Shown piece after piece: positions 54,901 through 64,000 of a stretch of DNA of 64,000 nt. The position numbers and the translations under genes are program-made. The notes beneath the pieces were generated by a model that was not told the DNA's origin, did no database searches, and saw only the letters and a list, made by a program, of their open reading frames with translations. Source of the DNA: Nageia nagi (Eukaryota; Plantae; Pinophyta); contig JBITNC010000001.1 of assembly GCA_050084985.1 (NCBI GenBank), positions 27,404,001-27,468,000 on the forward strand. Reading direction: 5' to 3'. Every line of letters starts with the position of its first letter. Position 1 is the stretch's first letter.

Positions 54901-55640
54901 GAGATGATTTATCTCTGTAGCTTTTTTGCTCCTCATAGCTATGCATACGCTGGTCTGATTGCACGTCGTCGCCTCTTCAGATCACAACAGGTAGATCGAT
55001 CTTGGATACCTTCCTTCACGTTGGGCAACTTTTACCATTAACACAGGTCTCTCCCTGCTAATGTCGGGTCCTTCCACGGACGTGAGGGCTCACCAAGCAG
55101 GTTTCCTTGCATGGATGCACTTACAGAGCAACTAAATATTTATAGCGCTTGGCCTCCTTTACCTCGTGAACTATTTTGTCCATGATTTCATAGGTTGGCA
55201 GAATCTCGCTACCTTTTCTCGCATCACACCACGGGTTACTCGCATGACCCTTCTCACTCTACCATGACCTCTCAATCGTATAATACAGCATACCAGGCCC
55301 TCAAGCAGATCTCATTTTCTCAACAGAGATCTCCTAATTTCTCAGCCACAAGTTTTCTTTAATCTTACAGATCAAACATGCTCTGATATCAAATAAGAAA
55401 CAATTTCTAGATTGTTCTAATTATTTTATGAATGAACAAATATATATAGTTCTATAATAGATCTAGAAGATTCCTAGACTAACAAATACAACTTGGAATC
55501 AACTAAGACATACTATACATAACAATTTTGATCACTAAAGATAAATAGTTTGTTACAATAAATTATATTTTAAATACTATACATAGGAAATATTAGGATT
55601 ATGACATAGGGAAAATATTAGGAATCTCAATATTCGAACA
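51932..55640 (-). mobile_element. Element F: 3.7-kb non-autonomous copia-derived element with LTRs of about 240 bp, inserted in the 5' LTR of copia E
   Basis: Direct repeats at 51932-52171 and about 55394-55640. PBS on minus (TGATATCAGAGC, 55380-55391). PPT on minus (AAGGGGGAGAA, 52172-52182). The host LTR is colinear across the insertion. Confidence 0.85.
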
Positions 55641-56139
55641 ACAGAACCAGGAAAAATGCAGCAATCTTCAATTTTTTTATTTTCTCGTGATTTGATAAAG
55701 TTTTAGCTGACCGGAAACATAAAATTGTGTGGCAAAGTTCATTTTTTGATTTTCCCGTGATATGAAAAAGTGATAGCCAACCTAAAAACTTCAAAACTCT
55801 GGCATTATCATATTTTGCACTAGTTTTTAGCTCAATAAGGTTGTTTTACGTCTTGGTAACTTAAATTGACGCTTTAGGATATTCATAGCTCCATTTCAGG
55901 TGTGTAAATAACTGTTGGAAAGGTATTTTCATACTCTTTCCAATTATAAGGTTAAATTTATGTTTTAAGAAAAATTTAATGTATCTAAAAATGCTTGAAA
56001 ATCTAGGTATATTTTTCAACCTTAGTGCATTACATTTACATCTTGGAAGCTTCAAATATTTCGATTAATATCAAAGCTTGGAGTCCAAAGCCTCTAATTC
56101 TTCATTTGGTATTAGAGTTAAATGTTCTATTAGGTTAAA

Positions 56140-59100
56140 ATGGATCCAAAGAATTGAAATTCATTATAGTTGCAAATCCTTGTATTCAGTGGAGAACACT
56201 TTAAATATTAGAGCATCCAAATGTATACTTTTCTCATCTCTCAAGACTTGTGGAGTCTTTTAGTTGATGAGAAAAAGGAGATAATGAAGACTCGAAAGAA
56301 GGATGTCAAAGCTTTGTTTTCTATACAAAGTGAGATAAATGTTTCTATCTTTCCCAAGATTACATAATGCACATTCTCCAAAGTTGCATGGAACACTCTT
56401 GAGAGTGCCTAAAAAGGATCATCCAATTACGTAAGGATTTTGAATCTCTTAGAATGGGAGATTATGAGATCATTGAACTCTTCATAAACATAGTTAAAAA
56501 TCTGGTAAATGCTATTCATTCACATGATGAGGAGCTTGATGATACCCAAATTATTGAGAAGATAATGACAAGCCTTCCCTGAAATTTTGATCCTATCACC
56601 ATTGCTATTGAGGAGTCCAAAGACTTAACTCAACTCACTCTCCCAGAATTGCTTAGAATCTTGCAAACATATGAGCACAAACTATGGGATAGATTTGAGA
56701 ACCTTGACTAAGCATTTCAAGGTAAACTTTAGATGAATGATCAACCTTCTACTTCCTCTAGTTTAGAATCTCCCTGAAAAGGTTATGGTAGAGGTCGTTG
56801 TGGTAGAGGCTGTAGAATAAGTGATCATGGTAGAGGAAGAGGTCAATCAACTAACAAAAGTCAAATATCAACCCCCTGACATTATGAATTTTATGAAAAT
56901 CATACAACACAGTATTGCTACCAGAAGAAAAAGGAGCAGAAGGACAACTATAATGAAGAGTAAGGTGATGGTAATGTATTTTTAATTCATAATAACTTTG
57001 AATTTTTGATGACCATATTTGGTATCTGGATAGTAGGTACTCAAATGACATGATCAGGAAGAAAAACTTGTTTACTTAATTTAAAAAAAAATATCTTTGG
57101 TAAAGTTTGATTTGATGATAATAATCAAGTTGGTATTATTGAAAAAGGTTCCATTGCTTTCAAAACAAAGAACGATAAGATCATACATATGCATGACACT
57201 TTATATGTTCTCGGGCTAAACCACAATCTTTTTAGCATTAGTTATATGTGTTTGAATAACTATATGTTAGTATTCGAGAAGAACCTTTGCACCATCACCA
57301 ATGAGATTAATTGATAAGTCATTACCAAAATTATCATGACTGAGAATCACATGTATATGCTCAAGATGTAACCGATAACTATCAAATGCTTGAAAAACAC
57401 TAATGATATATCTTGGCTATAGTACTAGATGTGTGGCAACATCAATTTCAACTCACTTCATAGATTTCCTAAGCTTGTGAGAGGTTTTCCTACCTTATCA
57501 CTTCCATTTTACATTTTGTGTGAGAGTTGCATGTTCAAGAAATAACATAAAGAGACCTCACACCAACATCATACCAAGAAACCTTTGGAGTTGGTACATG
57601 CAGATATTTGTAGACCTATGTAGACTCCCACCTTGTCCAAGTGCAAGAATAGGCTAATATTTACTGATGATTATTCCCAGATGAGTTAGTTGTATTTGTT
57701 GCAAGCCAAGTCAAATGCCTTTGATACTTTTTTTAAGTTCAAGGCATTTGTTGAGAAGCAATTCAGATTTAGCATCAAGAAATTTGGATTGACTATGGTG
57801 GAGAATTCAATTCAAATAAGTTCAAATACTTTTTAAGCAAACATGGGATCAAGTAGCATTATACAACTCCCTACACTCCATACAAGAATGGAGTGGCAGA
57901 GATGAAGAACCAAATATTTATTGATATGGCTCAAAGCATGCTCAAGGAGATGGGAATGGACAACAAATTATGGGAAGAATTCATTCATACTATTGTCTAC
58001 ATTTTAAATCTCTTCCCCACCAAAGTTAAGTAATATTCAACCCTTTATGAGATTTGGTTTGGTAAGAAATACAATATCTCTCATCTTCAAATCTTTAGCT
58101 CTACCTATTATGTGCATGTGTTCAAGGAGAATAAGAAGAAATTGGATGAAAAATACATCAAATATATCTTTGTAAGATACTCTAATGAGTCCAAATCCTA
58201 CTAATGCTATGATCTAGTTACTGAGAAGCTACATATCAATCTAGATATAATATTTCATAAAAAGAGAGTATACAAGAAGTATTTTGATGTCCCTAACATT
58301 ACTCTAGAGTTTGAAGACACCAATTTCAATGAGCTACATGATCCATTACAACCTAACTAAGTTCTCTACCTCAACACCCCAACCTACTCGTGGCTACAAC
58401 TTCTTCCAAGAGAAGGGTTACCAAAGATCATCCAAAATCTCAAATGTTGGATAAGAATTTCACTAGAAGAGTGATATGACAAGAAGCGAGAGGGGGTGAT
58501 CAAATCACTAATTATATCTTAATATCCTTTTCTCTTATTGAGCCTTCCAATTTCAAAGAACCTATTACTAATGAAGATAAAAAATTAGCCATGGAATATG
58601 AGATAGAGAAGATTTGGAAGAATGACTCTTGGGAGCTTTTCCCTAGTCCAAAGCACTAGAATGTTATTGGAGTCAAATGGATCTACAAGCTAAATCACAA
58701 TGTTGATGGAAGAATTACTAAACATAGGGCCCTACTAGTAGTAAAAGGCTATGTATAAAAGGAAGAGTTGTACTATGAAGAGATATTTGCACTAGTTACC
58801 ATACTTGAGATAGTAAGATCTCTTCTTGCTCGTGCATCCCATTTTGAATTTACTGTATACCAAATGGATGTTAAATTAGTCTTCTTGATTGGTAAATTGA
58901 AATAAGTCTATGTGGACCATCCATAAGGCTTCCAAGTTGCAGGCCATGAAGATAAAGTGTATATACTAAAGAAAGCTTTTTATGGGCTCAAATAAGCACC
59001 TAGAGCTTGGTACTTTAGAATTGACAACTACTTCCATCAAAATGGTTAATAGAGGTGCTTAGTAGAAGCTACATTATATATAAAAATAAGTGATTATAAA

Positions 59101-59980
59101 TTCATCATCACTTGTTTATACATTGATGATATTATCTTCACAAGTAGTTTCACTTCTTTGCTACAAAAATTCATGAATGCCATGGTAAATGAATTTGAGA
59201 TGACTGATCTGGATGAAATGCAATACATCTTAGGTATGCAAGTCAAATAATCATCTAATTGCATTTTCATTACTCAAACAAAGTATGTTGAAGACCTCTT
59301 GATCAGATTTTCCATAAAGGAATGCAAACCAATTGGTATCCTAATAGTTGTTGGTTGAAAATTAATGAAAGATGATTGTACTCTTATGGATGCAACATTG
59401 TACATGTATTTAGTTGGTAGTTTGACTTATCTCACAGCTATAAGACTAGATATTATCTTTGGAGTAAGTTTAGTAGCTAGATTCATGCATTCACTATATA
59501 AGTCCCATTGGAAAACAACCAAAAGAATTCTTCAATATGTTAATGGTGCAAAATTATTTGGATTATAGTATAAAGCTATTGAATTTGATACTCTTGAAGC
59601 ATACATAAATAGAGATTGAACTGGAATCCTTGATGACTAGAAAAATACATCTAGTTATGTTTCCTTCTTTGGTAAACCACTAGTTTCATGGAGCAACAAG
59701 AAGCAACCTACAGTTTCTCTTTCCATTGTTGAAGCAGAATATATGGCTGCCTCCTCTATTTTTACTCAAGCCATTTGGATGGCTATATTATTTGAATACT
59801 CAAGTATGAAAATTGCCCAACCAATTCCTATTCACTATGATAACATTAGCATTATTGCTATGACCAAGAACCAAGTGTTTCACATCAAGAGTAAGCATAT
59901 CGACATCCACATTGAATTTAGATTTTGTAAGTTTGAAGATCATCTTCCACACATCTTCATTAAATATTTTCAGTTGGACA
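56140..59980 (+). pseudogene. Copia E gag-pol, many stops and frameshifts
   Basis: WYLDS..SNDM, LELVHADIC, NGVAEMKN, QMDVK, LYIDD, WSNKKQPTVSLS..EAEY, KHIDI. Confidence 0.9.
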
Positions 59981-59981
59981 T

Positions 59982-60487
59982 TGTAATGTAATATTGTGTA
60001 ATATTTCTCTTTAAATGTAAATTCACTTAATTCTTAAAGTATCTTTAGATACCTTAAAGCATTAAGAGAATAAATATAGAAAGAAGAATAAATATAGAAA
60101 CTCCTTTAACCTTACCCTTGGGTTAAAAGGAAGTTAAAGGGTGGATTTCTTCTTATAAATAGAGAAGTACCCCTCTGTTTATATACTTGATGAAGCATGG
60201 TAATGCTTGTCTTGTCGAATTGTAGGAATGCTCTTGTAGGAGATTTATAGAAAAATTATTGTAAAAGAATTCTTGAGAATTTGTAGGAGAGTTATCTTGT
60301 GAGAAAGTAATAGAAATGATGGTTCAAAGTGGATGTACTCCCAAGAGTTGGAGGAACCACTATATATGATTTGTTATCTTTTATGTGATTATTTCTTGCT
60401 TTGCTAGATGGATGAATGTTAGATTTGTTGGAGATACTTCAAGGAGATCTTGGTTTATGGAATCCTTCAATTCCATCATTTTCCACA
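59982..60487 (+). mobile_element. About 500-bp solo-LTR-like insertion at the end of copia E RNase H
   Basis: TG...CA block absent from the homologous position in copia C. Contains TATAAATAG and AGTGGATGTA..GAACCAC motifs typical of copia LTRs. TSD not resolved. Confidence 0.55.
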
Positions 60488-60545
60488 TGATACATTACTT
60501 AGTATTCAAAATTTTAACTAGAAACCATTTAGATTAAGGGGAGAA

Positions 60546-62041
60546 TGAAGGAATGTAATGTTCCATGTTTGAATTCCACACTTTTGATCAACTCCTGGCA
60601 ACTTGCCAACGACTACTTTTTGACATAACTGTTCACCTACCGGATTAATCACACTTATATGAGTTGAAGACCTAGTTATAAACATGTTGTTGAGCTCTTA
60701 ATGCTCATAGATATGATCTTAGATTGATCCAAATATGATTTTGTATTCTAGTATAAATACCCACATTCTTTGATTGTTCCTAGGCTCTCCATTTATGTTT
60801 TATCTACTTTCTTTGAGAGAACTTGTAATTCATCATAACTCTTGAAGTTTGAAATACTCCATTTTCTCTTTTTATAAATAAGAACTTCATTTCTTATTTT
60901 AGGTTAATACTTTTATTGTAATGTTATGCTACTATTTTGAATCTAAGAGAAAGTATTCATATATGCTTTGCAATTCTCTTGTGGTTGTGTGGTGTGTTTT
61001 TCCATTTCAAAGCTTTTATGCATGAGAAAATACTTGCAAATCTTCATAGGAGTGCTTTGACTCTATTATAAGGTTATATTCACATACTTGAGGTTATTTG
61101 TGCTATGTTGGTATTTGTTATATTTTCATTTTGAGCAATAATTTAGATATTTTCGTGATTGTATCAAATTACCTTATTTTGGTTTAGATTGATTTGAGAG
61201 GTTATAATTTTTTTCTAGAGCTCCTTTTAGTGTGATTCTTTTTATTTTTAAAGGTAAATTCAATACCTTTCCAAAAACATACAACACTATATACTGTATT
61301 GGAATATCACACTCAAAAATCATAAAATACAAGCCTACATTTTTGTATTATTTCTTAAAGAGCTTCAAGGAGTTTTTTTTTTAATTTCAAGATCATTTTG
61401 ACCATTTTTTCCTTCTCCAAATTTTCTTGAACCTTCACCATTAGATAGACTATTTCCTTCCATTTATTTTGATATATAACATTCCTATGTTTTATTAGGA
61501 AACACCTAAGTTACAATTTTTAAAGTTGGTCTAGTAAATTAGTCAACTCTCTTGGAGTTTTCCAACACTGTTGTGCTGCGAGACCTAGGAAAAGTGCGGT
61601 AGTCTTCAAATTTTTGACTTTCCTATGATATGAAAAAGTTATAACTAATTAAAAATCTTTAATTATATGATAAAGTTTATTTTTTTAACTTTTCCATGAC
61701 CAAGAAAAGTGGTGGCCAACCAATAAACTTCAAAACTCTAGGACTACCATATTTTGCATTGGTTTTTGGTTCAATAAGGTTGTTTGACTTCTCGATAACT
61801 TCAAATTGATGCTCTAAGAGATTTGTAGCTCCATTTTAGGCATGGAAATAACTACTGAAAAGGTATTTTCATTTCTTTACAATTATAAGGTTAAATTCAT
61901 GTTTTAGGTAAATTTATTCCATCTAAAATGCTTGAAAGTTTAGGTATCTTTTTCATCCCTGCTTCACTACATTTATATCCTAAGAGCTTCAAATATTTTG
62001 ATTGGTATAAAAAATTAGAGTATGGAGCCTCTGATTCTTTA
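60546..62041 (+). repeat. 3' LTR of copia E
   Basis: Aligns with 50900-51931 plus 55641-56104. Confidence 0.9.
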
Positions 62042-62447
62042 AAACTAGAGCCATAATTTTTAATACTTCTAGAGATACAACCTTCAAGTTCCATTTTTCT
62101 ACAATGGAGAAAATATGGAGGTCATTGTCTCATACACCTACCTAGAGGTTCTATTTTTTGGACCTTCTTTTAGTCTAATACCTACCTATTTGTCACATCT
62201 TTTCAAGGGTTATGCTTCCATCTCATTGTTCAATGGTTAATATTTTCAATCCTATTTTTAGAATATCCCTTTGAATATGCATCTCTTGAATGCAATTGTT
62301 CGACCCATTACCACATATGGGTATGAGGTTTGGGCTCTCAATTTTTGATCAATCGATTGGGCTTGTTTTTAGCAAGTTCAAACTTTGATTTTTCAATGGA
62401 TAATCCATCATAAATATATGTTCCTTCTATGTATTATATAGGTTGAG

Positions 62448-62448
<1 letters not shown>

Positions 62449-62537
<89 letters not shown>
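62449..62537. repeat. (TA)n microsatellite
   Basis: Read directly. Confidence 0.97.
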
Positions 62538-62539
<2 letters not shown>

Positions 62540-63329
62540 ATATATCCCTTCATCTTGAATGCTTCTTTCAAACCATTCTCTCCATTCATAGAAATCTAAT
62601 CCATGAGGATCTCCACCTTTAGACATATTAGGTATATGTTTCTAGGCCTTCGCTTCTATGAGAGTATAACCTATACATGCTCATCTAGATGTTGATATTA
62701 TTGGTTCTTCAAGATTTGTTTGCTTCTCCAATTTATTTATATTTCCATTAATTATCTTCCTCCCTTCAGATAAACTTTAATCGATTCCCCAACCTCATCC
62801 TTCAAAGGAGAACACTTGTAGGTTGGTTTGAGTTGATATTTACTAGCAATACACTTTACTCATATGGATGTATCTATTGCCAATTAATTTAGACCCCTCT
62901 AGAATCTTTTATTAACTATCATATTACTTATAACTCTTCTTCATGATATAACTTTTCTTCTTTTCTTAACTGAGGCTTGGATATTAAGTGTTGTTTGAAC
63001 CTACCTATATTTCCTATATTAACCAAGAACTTTAAGGTTATTGAAGGTATTTAATCATAATTTTTTGAGTGTGAAAAATACATATTTTGTTCACAAGTAC
63101 CTCCATAATGTAGTTAAAAAACTTCCAGGATTAAGCGAGTAAATAGACTCCATGATTCATAGTTTTACTACTCAGGTAATAAATAATCACATCGTTGGCA
63201 ATAGAACCAATGCTTGCATCCTAAAACCACTAGTTGACACCAATATTTATTAGGATGTTGAGATGTTAAAGGTATTTGAATCTAGAATGAAAATAATAGA
63301 TAAAAATATATCAAGTAATTAATCCATTA

Positions 63330-64000
63330 TTGAAGATTGAGGAAATTACTTGAGATTAGATATTTGAAACTCTATACTCATTGGGACTGATAAGGAACTT
63401 GAGTTAGAAAAATTCAATAGGGAAGGTGATCCAATTGATCATCTATAAGGCTTTGATCACACAATGAAACTCAAGTGCAATCAGTGTCAACAAAAATTTC
63501 AAAGCTAAGTATTCTCCCATGAGTTTTACAAGTGAAGAAAGAAAATGGTTTCGTAATTTAGAATTTGCATCTCTCAACAATTAAAAGATCAATTCAAAAC
63601 TCATTTCAAATGCAATATCAAGAAGCCTCTTGGATTAATAGATTTGATGGGATGCAAACATAAAGTCACCAAAATATTATATAAATTTGCAACAAGATAC
63701 CCAAAGATATGGAGAGCATTGGATTCTTTAATTCCTAAAAAGATTATTTCTAAAGTATTCATAAAAAACATTCTCTCTAGTTTGTAGTATGCAACATGTG
63801 ATCATATACATGAGCCATTCATAGATATGATACATCACTTGATATAAAAAGTAAAATATATGATCCAAGAAAAGTATGATCAAATATGCTAATCCCACAA
63901 AGGATAATCCCAAGAATCTATACATTAAGAAAGAAGATACTCAATTTAATGTTGTTGAACCAAGTTGTAAAGAAGAGGAGAGGGAACCAATAAGGATAAA
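63330..64000 (+). mobile_element. Gypsy gag relic of a further element running off the right edge
   Basis: EKFNREGDPIDHL (about 63408), RKWFRNL and FKTHFKCNIKKP..IDL resemble Retrotrans_gag of elements A and D. Confidence 0.65.

Larger units (their letters stand above)
50900..62041 (+). mobile_element. Element E: decayed Ty1/copia retrotransposon related to copia C
   Basis: 5' LTR 50900-56104 (interrupted) and 3' LTR 60546-62041, both starting TGAAGGAAT. PBS TGGTATTAGAG at 56107. PPT TAAGGGGAGAA. gag-PR-INT-RT-RH relics. TSD AAATT/AAACT. Confidence 0.92.
49455..62450 (+). mobile_element. Degenerate non-LTR retrotransposon (LINE, RTE/RTEX-like). Own sequence is about 49455-50899 plus 62042 to at least 62450; split by copia E
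   Basis: APE relic: LSWNVRG (about 49463), NVYA, DFN. RT relic: NNYRTIMIRHTFAKL, STIDHIF, FVDFEK, LFGIYIDKL, FVDNV, GLQRQLDDL. After the copia it resumes with KTRAIIFN..YNGENMEVIVSYTYL..RPITTYGYEVW. Confidence 0.8.

Noticed and set aside
54281-55041. Three plus-strand ORFs in the CpG-rich block
   Set aside because: Non-ATG starts and no recognisable domain. They are antisense to copia pol relics, and higher GC explains the open frames.
62408-62626. 72-aa ORF with a YI repeat
   Set aside because: Translation of the (TA)n microsatellite, antisense to the LINE relic.

Overview
AT-rich, CpG/CHG-depleted eukaryotic DNA from a large-genome land plant (gymnosperm-like, by inference). There is one intact host gene, a five-exon WLIM2-type two-LIM-domain gene (44656-47184, +, 194 aa), in a CpG-retaining island of about 4 kb. 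Two stacks of old, degenerate retroelements flank it. Left stack: an Ogre/Tat-like gypsy (-, tRNA-Arg-type PBS) was split by a pol-deleted gypsy (2483-35556). That element received a Ty1/copia in its 5' LTR (3788-11000) and a 19.4-kb Tat-type gypsy (13525-32972, -, tRNA-Asn PBS). The Tat element carries an extra RNase H, a G-patch, an antisense Plant Mobile Domain (PMD) pseudo-ORF and further unknown pseudo-ORFs. Right stack: an RTE/RTEX-like LINE was split by a second copia (50900-62041). That copia holds a short-LTR element with an unusually CpG-rich, deletion-compressed pol relic, plus an LTR-like fragment. No TE ORF is intact. No RNA genes or CRISPR arrays were seen. All alignments and counts were done by eye.
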